Shown: piece after piece, positions 45,574 through 55,072 of the stretch
How positions within the stretch are numbered: the stretch's first letter is position 1
Layout: every line of letters starts with the position of its first letter
Assembly: GCA_965369325.1 (NCBI GenBank)
Contig: CBDUQI010000003.1
Span: forward strand, 3,639-67,638
Direction of reading: 5' to 3'
DNA: 64,000 bases
Source of the DNA: an uncultured Gammaproteobacteria bacterium
GTDB lineage: Bacteria; Pseudomonadota; Gammaproteobacteria; Steroidobacterales; JBCBZW01
The notes under the pieces: model-generated
Seen by the model: the letters and a program-made list of their open reading frames with translations, nothing else
The model's database searches: none
What the model was told of the DNA's origin: nothing
Made by a program: the position numbers and the translations under genes

Positions 45574-47460
45574 GTGGCAACGCCAGGCAGAGTGATTATC
45601 GGTGATGTCGGGCCGTTGCCCGCCGCGCAAGCGCACGAGCTGAGCGCAATGCTCGCGCAATTGTCGAGCGATCAGATGCAATGGGTGAGCGGCTACATTG
45701 CCGGGCTTGCGGCGCAGGAGCCCGTCGTGCGTGCGCCGGTTGCCGCGTGGCCCGAGACCGTGGCTCCCGCCGCGGCGATGCCACTGCCAGGGGCGGTGAG
45801 CGCTACACCACAGAGCCCTGCGTTCACCGTGTTGTACGGTTCGCAAACCGGCAATGCTGAGCAGGTGGCAGGCGATCTGCATGCACGACTGGGCGAGCGT
45901 GGCCTGGCGAGCACGCTCGCTAGCATGGCCGACTATCAGCCTCGGCAGTTGGCTCGCGAGCGCCAGCTGTTACTAGTGGTGAGCACGCATGGGGAGGGCG
46001 ATGCGCCTGACGATGCGCAGGAATTGCATGAGTTTCTAGCCAGCTCGCGCGCGCCGGATCTCAGCGGGGTTGGTTATGCTGTACTCGCACTGGGCGATAG
46101 TAGCTACGAGAATTTCTGTCAGACAGGTCGGGAGTTTGATGATCGTTTGTCAGCGCTCGGCGCCACCCGGCTGCTCGAGCGGGTAGACTGCGATGTGGAT
46201 TTTGAGGATCCCGCGCAGGGTTGGGTGATGGCGTTAGCGCAGAAGGCTGAAACCTTGAAGCCAAGGTTGCAAGCAACGCCGGCATCTGTACTCCCGGCAG
46301 GGCCTGCGCCACTGCAGATGGTGCACAGCGCAACGTCCCGCTACGATCGAAAACATCCGTTCGCCGCCAAGCTGTTGGGCCGGCGGCGCCTCACAGACGA
46401 GCAATCGAGCTGGGATGTGCGCCATCTGGAGTTTTCGCTGGAGGGCTCCGGCTTGAACTACGAGCCGGGTGACGCGCTGGCCGTGCTGCCGGCCAACGCA
46501 CCCGCGCTAGTGCAGCGCGTCGCGGATACTTTAGCGCTCGACTTGCAGAGTAAGGTACCCGGCCCAGGTGGCGAGCCGCGGAGTCTGAAACGCGCTCTAA
46601 CCTACGAGCACGAACTCACCCAACTTAACCGCGCTTTCATCACCCAGTGGGCGGCACACAGTGGGTCATCGCGGTTGCAGGGGCTGCTGGCGTCCGAGCG
46701 CTCAAAGGACTTAAGCGCGTACCTTCGCACCCACCAACTCATTGATGTGCTGCATGAGGTGCCCGCCTCGATTGATGCGCCAGCGTTGCTGGCGATGCTG
46801 AGAGGTCTCACCCCGCGGCAGTACTCGATCGCCTCAAGTGCGCTCGCAACGCCGGGCGAAGTGCATGTGACGGTGGCAAATCTGGTCTGGGAGGCATTCG
46901 GTTTTGAGCACCAGGGCGTCGCCTCCGGCTTTCTGGCGCGACGTGTTGAGGAGGGGGCGAGCGCGCCGGTTTATGTTCAGAGCAATCGCCGTTTTCGTCT
47001 GCCGCAGGATACCGACCGGCCGATCGTGATGATCGGTCCCGGGACCGGTATCGCCCCGTTCCGTGCATTTGTGGAGCATCGCGAAGCGCAGGGTGCGCGC
47101 GGGCGCAGTTGGTTGTTTTTTGGTGCGCGGCACTTCGCGAGCGATTTCCTGTATCAGACCGAATGGCTCGCGCGACTGCGTCGCGGTGCGCTCACACGAA
47201 TGGATGTTGCATTCTCGCGCGATCAGGCTGACAAGATTTACGTGCAGCAGCGCATGGCGGAGCAGGCGCGCGATTTGTACGCCTGGCTGCAGGAGGGGGC
47301 ACACCTGTACGTGTGCGGTGATGCCAGCCGCATGGCTTCGGATGTGCATCAGCAATTGCTGTCGGTGGTGGCAGGTGAGGGGGCGATGAGTGCTTCCGCG
47401 GCTGATGAGTATCTGCAACAGTTAAAACACGACGGGCGCTATCAGCGCGACGTCTACTGA
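45574..47460 (+). CDS. cysJ: assimilatory sulfite reductase (NADPH) flavoprotein alpha subunit
   Basis: GTG 45574 lies after GAAGGAG. It has a flavodoxin domain (TVLYGSQTGNAE), an FAD/NADPH domain (RQYSIASS, MIGPGTGIAPFR) and the C-terminal YQRDVY. Confidence 0.9.
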   Translation: MATPGRVIIGDVGPLPAAQAHELSAMLAQLSSDQMQWVSGYIAGLAAQEPVVRAPVAAWPETVAPAAAMPLPGAVSATPQSPAFTVLYGSQTGNAEQVAGDLHARLGERGLASTLASMADYQPRQLARERQLLLVVSTHGEGDAPDDAQELHEFLASSRAPDLSGVGYAVLALGDSSYENFCQTGREFDDRLSALGATRLLERVDCDVDFEDPAQGWVMALAQKAETLKPRLQATPASVLPAGPAPLQMVHSATSRYDRKHPFAAKLLGRRRLTDEQSSWDVRHLEFSLEGSGLNYEPGDALAVLPANAPALVQRVADTLALDLQSKVPGPGGEPRSLKRALTYEHELTQLNRAFITQWAAHSGSSRLQGLLASERSKDLSAYLRTHQLIDVLHEVPASIDAPALLAMLRGLTPRQYSIASSALATPGEVHVTVANLVWEAFGFEHQGVASGFLARRVEEGASAPVYVQSNRRFRLPQDTDRPIVMIGPGTGIAPFRAFVEHREAQGARGRSWLFFGARHFASDFLYQTEWLARLRRGALTRMDVAFSRDQADKIYVQQRMAEQARDLYAWLQEGAHLYVCGDASRMASDVHQQLLSVVAGEGAMSASAADEYLQQLKHDGRYQRDVY

Positions 47461-47471
47461 GAGGCGCCAAC

Positions 47472-49268
47472 ATGAACCCTACAGTGAACCCTACAGTGAA
47501 CGATACCCCCTCACAGAAGCTGTCCGACGTCGAGCGGATAAAGACCCGCAGTAATTACCTGCGTGGTAGCCTGATTGAGAGCCTGCGCGCGCCCCTCACA
47601 GGCGCGCTGGCCGACGAGGATACCCAGTTGTCCAAGTTTCATGGCATCTACCAGCAGGATGACCGCGATGTGCGTGCGAAGCGAAAACGCGCATTGCTGG
47701 AACCGCTGTACAGTTTTATGGTGCGCGTGCGGGTGCCCGGTGGGGTGTGCACGCCAGTACAGTGGCTTAGCCTGGATGACTTGGCCGACCGTCACGCCAA
47801 CGGCACGTTGCGCCTGACCACACGGCAAGCCGTTCAGTTTCACGGCATCGACAAGCGCCAACTCAAACAAAGCATTGCGGATATCAATGCGACCCTGCTG
47901 GATACCATCGCGGCCTGTGGCGACGTGAACCGCAATGTCATGTGCACGGTGAACCCGCAGTCAAGCGCCGCGCACGCACAAGTGTTCGACTGGACCCGCA
48001 AGATTAGCGATCACCTTACGCCTGCCAGCAATGCGTATCACGAGATCTGGTTAGACGGAAAAAAGGCACACAGCTCCGAGGAGCCTATCTACGGGCCCAC
48101 CTATCTGCCGCGCAAATTCAAAACCGCGCTGGTGATCCCGCCGAGTAACGATGTGGATGTGTTTGCCCACGATCTGGGATTTATCGCGATCATCGAGGAC
48201 GAGCAACTGCTCGGCTTTAACGTGACCGTCGGCGGCGGCATGGGAATGACCCACGGCGAGCCTGGTACCTATCCACGCCTGGCGGACGTGATCGGCTTTG
48301 CCGGCCTGGATCAGGTGTTGGAGGTTGCTGAGCATGTCGTGGGGGTGCAGCGGGACTTTGGCAATCGTGCCGATCGCAAGAACGCGCGCTTGAAGTACAC
48401 CATCGATCGCATGGGGTTGGCGTCGTTTGTGCAAGAGTTACATGCGCGTTTGGGTTACACGCTGGCCCCCGCCAGGGAATTCGTTTTGACGAGCACCGGG
48501 GACGCATTCGGCTGGACGCCTCGCGAGGACGGCAAGTGGAACTACAATTTGTTCATCGAGAATGGACGCGTTGCCGATACCCCCGCCATGCAGTTGCGAA
48601 CGGCGCTGCGCGAGGTGGCACAATTTCACACTGGCGAGTTTCGGCTCACGCCGAACCAGAATCTGAGCATTGCCGGCGTTGACGCCGAGGCACGTGAACG
48701 CGTGGTTGAGGTGTTGCGCGCCCGGCAGGTGTTGGGCCCACCTGCGCCGTCGCGATTGCGCTCGGCGTCTATCGCCTGCGTGGCCTTCCCTACATGCAGT
48801 CAGGCGATGGCTGAGGCCGAGCGCTACATGCCTGATTTCATCTCGCGACTGGAATTGCTGATGCGTCGTCACGGGATTGAAGATCAACCGATTATCACGC
48901 GGATGACCGGTTGCCCTAACGGGTGCGCACGCCCGTATCTAGGCGAGATCGGATTGGTCGGCAAGGGGCCCGGCCGATACAACCTGTATCTGGGCGCTTC
49001 GCCTGACGGACGTCGCCTGAATACCTTGTACAGGGAAAACGTAAACCAAGCGCAGATACTCGCCGCGCTGGACGGGGTCCTGGCCCGCTACGCAGTGGAA
49101 GGCCAGCCGAATGAGGCGTTTGGCGACTTCGTCGTGCGTGCAGGCATTGTGTTGGCTGTACGTTCTGGGCAAGAATTTCACGCGCGTGCACGGCTCCCCA
49201 GCGCTAAGTCTGCAGATGCGTCGCCGGCGCGGAATCAGCCCGCCCATGATAAGGAGGCGCAGGTATGA
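47472..49268 (+). CDS. cysI: assimilatory sulfite reductase (NADPH) hemoprotein beta subunit
   Basis: Siroheme/4Fe-4S cysteines are present ([29 protein letters not shown]), along with SNYLRG near the N-terminus. Confidence 0.93.
   Translation: MNPTVNPTVNDTPSQKLSDVERIKTRSNYLRGSLIESLRAPLTGALADEDTQLSKFHGIYQQDDRDVRAKRKRALLEPLYSFMVRVRVPGGVCTPVQWLSLDDLADRHANGTLRLTTRQAVQFHGIDKRQLKQSIADINATLLDTIAACGDVNRNVMCTVNPQSSAAHAQVFDWTRKISDHLTPASNAYHEIWLDGKKAHSSEEPIYGPTYLPRKFKTALVIPPSNDVDVFAHDLGFIAIIEDEQLLGFNVTVGGGMGMTHGEPGTYPRLADVIGFAGLDQVLEVAEHVVGVQRDFGNRADRKNARLKYTIDRMGLASFVQELHARLGYTLAPAREFVLTSTGDAFGWTPREDGKWNYNLFIENGRVADTPAMQLRTALREVAQFHTGEFRLTPNQNLSIAGVDAEARERVVEVLRARQVLGPPAPSRLRSASIACVAFPTCSQAMAEAERYMPDFISRLELLMRRHGIEDQPIITRMTGCPNGCARPYLGEIGLVGKGPGRYNLYLGASPDGRRLNTLYRENVNQAQILAALDGVLARYAVEGQPNEAFGDFVVRAGIVLAVRSGQEFHARARLPSAKSADASPARNQPAHDKEAQV
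47475..47498 (+). repeat. perfect 12-bp tandem duplication (AACCCTACAGTG x2) in codons 2-9 of cysI
   Basis: Read directly from the DNA. It encodes NPTV-NPTV in frame. Confidence 0.9.
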
Positions 49269-50053
49269 GTGCCGGCCGGGAGTGCTCGCCGCCATCACCC
49301 GTGTGCGCACCGCAAATACCGCCTGACGAGGCAGCCAGGCACGTCGCTGAACACCTGAGCGGATTGAGCGCGCCGTTGCGCGTATCCTGGGCGCTGGAGA
49401 ACCTCCCCGGCCCATTTGTGATGTCCTCAAGCTTCGGTGCTCAGTCGGCGGTGATGCTGCACATGGTGAGCCGGCAGAGGCGGGACATCCCGGTGATTCT
49501 GATCGATACGGGCTACCTGTTTGCCCAGACTTACCAGTTTATCGATCAGTTGACCGCGCGGTTGAATCTGAATCTGCAGATCTTTCGCCCGCAGCTAAGC
49601 CCAGCCTGGCAGGAGGCACGTTTTGGCAAACGTTGGGAGCAGGGCGCACAGGGCATCCGTCAGTACAACCTGCAGAACAAAGTGCAGCCGTTCGAGCGGG
49701 CACTGAAACAACTGGGTGCCAACACCTGGTTCGCCGGATTGCGCCGTACACAGGCCACAACACGCGCCGGGCTGCCGATCGTTTCGGGGCAGGATGGTCG
49801 GTGGAAAGTGCACCCCATCGTGGACTGGAGCGATCGGGATATTTATGGTTACCTGAGCGCGCATCAGCTGCCCTACCATCCGCTGTGGGAACAGGGCTAT
49901 ATTTCAATCGGTGATGTGCATACTACTGCGCGCCTAGTTGATGCAGGCGATGAGGAAAGTACCCGATTCTTTGGTCTGTTGCGCGAGTGCGGTATTCACG
50001 AGATCGATTTCGGCCAGGCAGGATCACCGGGAGCTTCGGCGCCGATGCGGTAA
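49265..50053 (+). CDS. cysH: phosphoadenosine phosphosulfate (PAPS) reductase
   Basis: Has the PP-loop region ([15 protein letters not shown]) and the C-terminal ECGIH motif. It lacks the CC..CxxC Fe-S motif of APS reductases. ATGA overlap with cysI. Confidence 0.9.
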   Translation: MSAGRECSPPSPVCAPQIPPDEAARHVAEHLSGLSAPLRVSWALENLPGPFVMSSSFGAQSAVMLHMVSRQRRDIPVILIDTGYLFAQTYQFIDQLTARLNLNLQIFRPQLSPAWQEARFGKRWEQGAQGIRQYNLQNKVQPFERALKQLGANTWFAGLRRTQATTRAGLPIVSGQDGRWKVHPIVDWSDRDIYGYLSAHQLPYHPLWEQGYISIGDVHTTARLVDAGDEESTRFFGLLRECGIHEIDFGQAGSPGASAPMR

Positions 50054-50076
50054 CGGCCCCGCACGACAGCGTGGGT

Positions 50077-51093
50077 TCAAGCGGTGGTTGCCACCGTCTC
50101 AGCACATCGGCCTTTTATTGGTAATTCGACGTGGGCAAACAGCTGCTCGACGGCCGCTTGGTGTCGCATCTCGGCGGCGCGTGCCGTAAGTTCGGGGCTC
50201 AGGTGCGGCGCGAACAATTCGATAAAGTCGAACATGTATCGTCGCAGCACCGTGTCGGTTGGAAACCCCAACCACGTCGTACAGCGCGGAAACAAGTTGG
50301 TAGCCTCCAATGCTACCAGATCACCATGCTCCCCACAGTCCTGGGCCATGCTGGCAACGATGCCCACGCCCATGCCAATGCGTACATAGGTTTTGATCAC
50401 ATCGGCATCGCGGGCGGTAAACACCACCTCGGGTTCTAGTTGCTGCTGCGCGAAGGCTTTTTTAAGCGATGACTCACCCGCGAAGCTGAACACATAAGTG
50501 ATCAGCGGAAATCGCGCTAGCTCCTGCAGCGTGAGCGGGCCTTCAAGTGCCGCCAGTTCATGGTCGTTGGGCGCGATCACGACGCGGTCCCAGCGATAGC
50601 ACGGCAACGCCGTCATGTCGGAAAACATGATCGGTGCCGAGGTGGCGCTGGAAATGGCGAAATCTATCTCGCGCGTCTTGGCTAGTTGCTGGATCTGCTC
50701 TGAGGTGCCCTGATGCAAGTCCAACGTTACCCCTGGGTAGCGTTCGCGAAATTGTTTGATCACCGGGGGCAGTACGTAGCGGGCCTGGGTGTGGGTGGTG
50801 CCGATGGCCAGACGCCCGGTTTGCTGCTCGCGACTGTCAGCAGCCAGATGTCGGATGTTCTCCACCTCACGCATTATAACGCGCGCCCGCGAGATCACCT
50901 CACTGCCGGCTGGAGTGATATCCCCGAGGCTTTTGCCGTGGCGTGTGAAAACCTGAATGCCCAGTTCTTCTTCCAGCAGCTTGAGTTGCTTGCTGACCCC
51001 GGGTTGAGAGGTGTAAAGGCGCTCTGCGGCCGCTGTAATGTTTAGTTCATTGTCAACGATCGCGAGCAAATAACGCAGTTGCTGGAGCTTCAT
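50077..51093 (-). CDS. cysB: LysR-family transcriptional regulator, CysB-like
   Basis: The N-terminal HTH MKLQQLRYLLAIVDNELNITAAAERLYTSQPGVSKQLKLLEEELGIQVF closely follows the CysB/Cbl pattern. It lies convergent to cysJIH. Confidence 0.82.
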   Translation of the reverse strand: MKLQQLRYLLAIVDNELNITAAAERLYTSQPGVSKQLKLLEEELGIQVFTRHGKSLGDITPAGSEVISRARVIMREVENIRHLAADSREQQTGRLAIGTTHTQARYVLPPVIKQFRERYPGVTLDLHQGTSEQIQQLAKTREIDFAISSATSAPIMFSDMTALPCYRWDRVVIAPNDHELAALEGPLTLQELARFPLITYVFSFAGESSLKKAFAQQQLEPEVVFTARDADVIKTYVRIGMGVGIVASMAQDCGEHGDLVALEATNLFPRCTTWLGFPTDTVLRRYMFDFIELFAPHLSPELTARAAEMRHQAAVEQLFAHVELPIKGRCAETVATTA

Positions 51094-51363
51094 TGGGGTT
51101 CCATTGAAAACGGAGTGTTCTACAACGCCGCCGAACAATCATACATCAAACAGGCCTTTCGGTTAGTGCGTGTCCAGGGCGAATCATACTCAGTTGCGCA
51201 TCGTTGGCGGTGCCTACTGTTCTGCAATCGAGGTGATATCTAAAGATCCGAGCGCTGCTGCCGTTAGATGAGCTGACACCTGTCCAGCGACCGGCGACGC
51301 ACTAATGCAAATCAGTGCCTGCCGAGCTGCGGACGATAGCGTTACTCAAGGCAGTTCGAGTAG

Positions 51364-52320
51364 ATGTTGGACGGCACGCGGCCTAAAGCTTTACGAATAC
51401 TGGCGGTTCAATCTGAAGGGACAGATAGCGATGAGATGATCGTTGCATTGTCTGCTCATGGGGCGTTGGTTCAGTGCGCGGGCACGGCGCCACAGGCGCT
51501 GGATCAGTATCTGGCGTTTGAGCCGGACGTTGTGCTGGTCTGCGCTGGTCTGCACAGTCCGCGGGAGGCGGCCGAGGCCGGGTGGCCCCGGCAGGCCGCA
51601 ATCCAGTTGTGCCGCCGGGTAGCGGCATTGCCGGGTTCGGATACGACGGTTCTCGTGCTGACGGGCAAAGGGCTGGATGGGGATCTTATCCAGCGGGCGT
51701 TCGCCAGTGGCGCTGACGATATTCTCGAGTGCCCCTGCAGCCCTCGGGTGTTGTGCTATCGCTTTGAACACTTGGTGGAATCAAAGCGCGTGGCCTCCAG
51801 GTTGCGCGCCAGTCGCGCGCGCTTGGTGCGCGCACAACAGGTTGCACAACTGGGCCATTGGGAGTGGTCGGCGGACTCTCAAGTGCTGCGTTGCTCTGCT
51901 CAGGTGAGGCGATTGTTAGCGCTTCCCGAGCCGCAAACTCACAGTCAGCAGATTGCGGTATTCTGCCGCTATGTGTACCCGCAAGACGTCCAGTACGTGA
52001 TGGGCACCATCGCCGAGGCATTGAATGCGGGGGCTACCTACAGCGTGGAGTACCGGCTGGTTAGTCGGAACGGGCAGGTGAGAACCGTGCAGGAGAAAGC
52101 TCGTGCAGACCGCGGTGCCAACGGGCAGGTGATCGCATTGGTGGGCACGCTTCAGGATATCACCGATCGTCGCGAGACACCGGATCGCTCGCCTAACCTA
52201 GCCAGCGTTGATGAGGCCACCCAGTTGCCGAACCGGGCCGGCGTTGATGCTGAGGCGCTGATGCAGCACGCGGATGCCGTGTTGTGTCAGGCGAAGAGTG
52301 AGGGCAGCACAACTGCGTAG
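51364..52320 (+). CDS. pseudo-receiver - PAS protein ending in a collapsed GGDEF-domain remnant (possibly a decaying gene)
   Basis: The REC-like fold has non-canonical residues at key positions (ILAVQSEG, PDVVLVCAGL, GADDILECP). The PAS block runs HWEWSADSQ..YSVEYRLVSRNGQVRTVQEKA. The C-terminus joins a GGDEF entry motif (DEATQLPNR) directly to a GGDEF exit motif (LMQHADAVLCQAKSEG). Confidence 0.6.
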   Translation: MLDGTRPKALRILAVQSEGTDSDEMIVALSAHGALVQCAGTAPQALDQYLAFEPDVVLVCAGLHSPREAAEAGWPRQAAIQLCRRVAALPGSDTTVLVLTGKGLDGDLIQRAFASGADDILECPCSPRVLCYRFEHLVESKRVASRLRASRARLVRAQQVAQLGHWEWSADSQVLRCSAQVRRLLALPEPQTHSQQIAVFCRYVYPQDVQYVMGTIAEALNAGATYSVEYRLVSRNGQVRTVQEKARADRGANGQVIALVGTLQDITDRRETPDRSPNLASVDEATQLPNRAGVDAEALMQHADAVLCQAKSEGSTTA

Positions 52321-52473
52321 GGCGTTTTCGCAGGCGATGGCTGAACAGGGACGGCATCCTCTGCGTTGCCGCTTCACACCAGAGCACCGGGCACAACCAG
52401 ACCGAGTGCCGTGAGTGGCTGCGGTGTTGTATGGTGCGCACTTCCTGCTGATCATTATTGAGGAAGCGCTGGC

Positions 52474-53322
52474 GTGCAACGCAGCAGCCCCACCAAGCGC
52501 ATTGTTATCCACACCGAATCTGGTGAGCAATGCCTGGAGTACTATCTGCACGGCGAACCGTCCGAAAGCACTCCGACGGCCGTGTTTTTGCATGAAGGTC
52601 TCGGCAGCGTTGCCAGTTGGCAAGACCTGCCGCAGCAGCTGGCGCGCCGCTGCGGGTGCGCTACGCTGACGTATTCGCGTGCTGGCTACGGGCGCTCGCG
52701 CCCACTTGTGCCGCGCCGTAAGCCTCGCTATTTGCACGATGAAGCTCTGCTGGTGTTGCCGGCGTTGCTCAAAGCACTGAACATTGGTGACACTTGGCTG
52801 ATTGGCCACAGCGACGGGGCGAGCATCGCGCTGCTGCACGCGGCGGCCGCCGCTGGGGCGGCGACGCACTGCCGGGCGCTAGTCGCTATTGCTCCCCACG
52901 TGCTGGTTGAAGCTCTGTCACTGCAGGGTATCGAGCGTGCCGTGGCGGAGTATGAGCAGGGGCCGCTGCGGCTGCTGCTCGCTCGGCTGCATGACGATGT
53001 AGAGGGCTGTTTTTATTCATGGGCCGATGTTTGGCGCAGTGATGGGTTCAATCAGTGGAGCATCGAGGCTGACTTGATCGGTATACGTTGCCCGATGCTG
53101 TTGATTCAAGGGGAGGATGACCCCTATGGATCGCTACATCAGCTGTCGGCGATCGAGGCGGCGGTGACAGCCCGTATCCGGGTAGATCGTCTGGTGCTGG
53201 CGGGCGTACGTCATGCGCCCCACCTGGAATCGCGCGCGCCAGTGATGGACCGGATAGCCGAGTTTGTTATGTCTGCTATGGACGACAGTCCGACAGAATT
53301 CGATGATTATGTAAAAAAATAG
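52474..53322 (+). CDS. alpha/beta-fold hydrolase
   Basis: Has the nucleophile elbow LIGHSDGASIAL and an HEGLGS oxyanion region. The GTG start lies after GAGGAA. Confidence 0.75.
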   Translation: MQRSSPTKRIVIHTESGEQCLEYYLHGEPSESTPTAVFLHEGLGSVASWQDLPQQLARRCGCATLTYSRAGYGRSRPLVPRRKPRYLHDEALLVLPALLKALNIGDTWLIGHSDGASIALLHAAAAAGAATHCRALVAIAPHVLVEALSLQGIERAVAEYEQGPLRLLLARLHDDVEGCFYSWADVWRSDGFNQWSIEADLIGIRCPMLLIQGEDDPYGSLHQLSAIEAAVTARIRVDRLVLAGVRHAPHLESRAPVMDRIAEFVMSAMDDSPTEFDDYVKK

Positions 53323-53550
53323 ATCAACGCATCGCGCGGAAACACTATGTTTTTGCTGTTTTTCGCTCGCGCAGGCGAAACTCCTGTGTCATGATGGATT
53401 TCTGCACGTAGGGCGTCGCGTCGCGACTGACTGCGCCAGAAAAAACAGCGCTAACCGGGGAACTGACTGTTGGAGTCTGGAGGCTGTGCGCCACTGCACT
53501 TTACCAGCACCTGCGCACGACAGGTCACAATAAATCCCCACTGGCATCAA

Positions 53551-53604
53551 CAACAATAGATTTGCACATTCGGGTAGATAGTGTGTGTAAATCCAACAAT
53601 AGAT
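53551..53604. repeat. direct repeat CAACAATAGAT x2 (43-bp period) upstream of the PEP-CTERM gene
   Basis: Exact 11-mers at 53551..53561 and 53594..53604, lying 50-105 nt upstream of ATG 53655. Confidence 0.5.
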
Positions 53605-53654
53605 ATCCCCCAAGAACACCCTGACTGGTGTTCAAGGAAATAAGAGGGAAAAAA

Positions 53655-54269
53655 ATGAACACCTACTCAAGACCAGCAAGTGTCGTATGCGCACTGATGC
53701 TCTCAGTGTTTGCGGTTAGCGCAAGCGCTGTACCCGTCAGTGGCCTGATTGAAAACGACGGCGAGACCTTTTCTGTTGTGCACCCGGGTGCCAATCCTGG
53801 CGGTGCGGGTGATCCGGCGACCGACTGGTATTGGTTTAAGGATGGCGAGACGTTTAACTTTGATTTCACCGATGGCATCGTTACCACCGATGGCCTGCAG
53901 AGCTACGAGCTGATGTCAGGTGGCGGTACTGCCCGTATCTTCGACATCGTCTCGCTCATCCTCGATACTAATGGCGAGGGCGGCTTCGCTGGCGGCGAGA
54001 TGGAGTACCGGGTTGACGGCGGCAATGTGCGTACCTTCGTATTTGAAGATACCGGCCCGCAGCGCAATGCTGGCCCGGGCAACTCCTCATCGTTTGATGG
54101 CGTCAATTTCCAGGCCTTCCTGTGGTCGGGTGACATTGGTGCTGAATTGGGGATCGACTTCTCGTTTAGCGCGATTCTGGGTTCTACCCAGATTAACGAG
54201 CCGTCTGTACTCGCGCTGATGGGCTTGGGCCTGTTGGGGTTCGCAGCGGCCCGACGCCGTCGCCGCTAG
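53655..54269 (+). CDS. PEP-CTERM sorting-domain secreted protein
   Basis: SD AGAGGGA. Signal peptide MNTYSRPASVVCALMLSVFAVSASA. The C-terminus is INEPSVLALMGLGLLGFAAARRRRR, which gives a (P)EP motif, a TM helix and an Arg cluster. Confidence 0.8.
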   Translation: MNTYSRPASVVCALMLSVFAVSASAVPVSGLIENDGETFSVVHPGANPGGAGDPATDWYWFKDGETFNFDFTDGIVTTDGLQSYELMSGGGTARIFDIVSLILDTNGEGGFAGGEMEYRVDGGNVRTFVFEDTGPQRNAGPGNSSSFDGVNFQAFLWSGDIGAELGIDFSFSAILGSTQINEPSVLALMGLGLLGFAAARRRRR

Positions 54270-54308
54270 ATCACAGATGCCCGGGGCCCTCGGGCACGGT
54301 TAAGCAAT

Positions 54309-54336
54309 AACGGCGCCTGACGGCGCCGTTTTTTTT
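54309..54336 (+). terminator. rho-independent terminator of the PEP-CTERM gene
   Basis: AACGGCGCC-tgac-GGCGCCGTT is a 9-bp perfect stem running into a T8 tract. Confidence 0.85.
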
Positions 54337-54506
54337 ACCTTTGAGCCCATTTTTAGCTCATCTACTGCGCAAAACGCGCCATAACTACTGACGCATCCGG
54401 GCAAATTGTCAACTTGTCCGGTGGGATAAATGCGTTAATCACAGCACTTTACACGTGAAGCGACGTTTTATTGCGCTCGCAAATGCCGCCGAAGGAGAGG
54501 TGTGCC

Positions 54507-55064
54507 GTGTTGAATACCAGTGCCATAGTAGAGAGGCTGCCCGAAAGCATGAGACGCGAAATCAGTGAGCCTGAGAAGCTCTTTGCCGATCTGAAACGTG
54601 AGATTGCCCACACGGCCAGCACGCGTTACCTGCATCGATTGCATTGCGTGTGGTTGGTGCACAAATCCGGTAGCTGCCAGCGGGTGGCCGAGTGGTTTGG
54701 TGAAAGCCGTCGAACCATCGAGCGATGGGTTCGTGAGTACGAGGAACAGGGAGCGGACGGTCTGCTCGACCGGCGCAAGCCAGGGCGCCCGCCTAGAATC
54801 TCGAATGAGATGGCTTCCACGCTGATCGGCGAGCTGGCGATGAACCCGGAGCATCATGGGTATACCGCTAACACTTGGACCGGGCGGCTGTTGAAAAAAC
54901 ACCTTCATTCGAGCCATGAAGTGGATATGAGTCTGCGTCAGTGCCAGCGGCTGCTGCATAGGTTCGGTGCTGTGGATGAGCAGATTTCGCCGTCGAGCCC
55001 GCCAGCACGGCCGCCTGAACTTGCGCGACCTGCGCCTGAGGATGACTCAGAGGAAGATAATTAA
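54507..55064 (+). CDS. IS630-type transposase N-terminal (HTH / winged-helix) domain only; no DDE domain
   Basis: GTG 54507 lies 6 nt after AAGGAGAGG. The blocks RRTIERWVREYEEQGADGLLDRRKPGRPPRIS and WTGRLLKKHL..MSLRQCQRLLHRFG match the IS630/Tc1 ORF1 pattern. The protein ends in a P/E-rich tail with no catalytic domain. Confidence 0.6.
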   Translation: MLNTSAIVERLPESMRREISEPEKLFADLKREIAHTASTRYLHRLHCVWLVHKSGSCQRVAEWFGESRRTIERWVREYEEQGADGLLDRRKPGRPPRISNEMASTLIGELAMNPEHHGYTANTWTGRLLKKHLHSSHEVDMSLRQCQRLLHRFGAVDEQISPSSPPARPPELARPAPEDDSEEDN

Positions 55065-55072
55065 TACGTCAT

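Noticed and set aside
45574-51093. cysJIH with a convergent cysB-like regulator as a novel arrangement.
   Set aside because: This is a standard assimilatory sulfate-reduction module with all catalytic motifs canonical. Only the 12-bp duplication in cysI is noted.
53540-53570. Sigma-54 promoter-like elements TGGCAT ... TTGCA upstream of the PEP-CTERM gene.
   Set aside because: The GG-to-GC spacing is about 21 nt rather than the fixed 12 nt of -24/-12 promoters.
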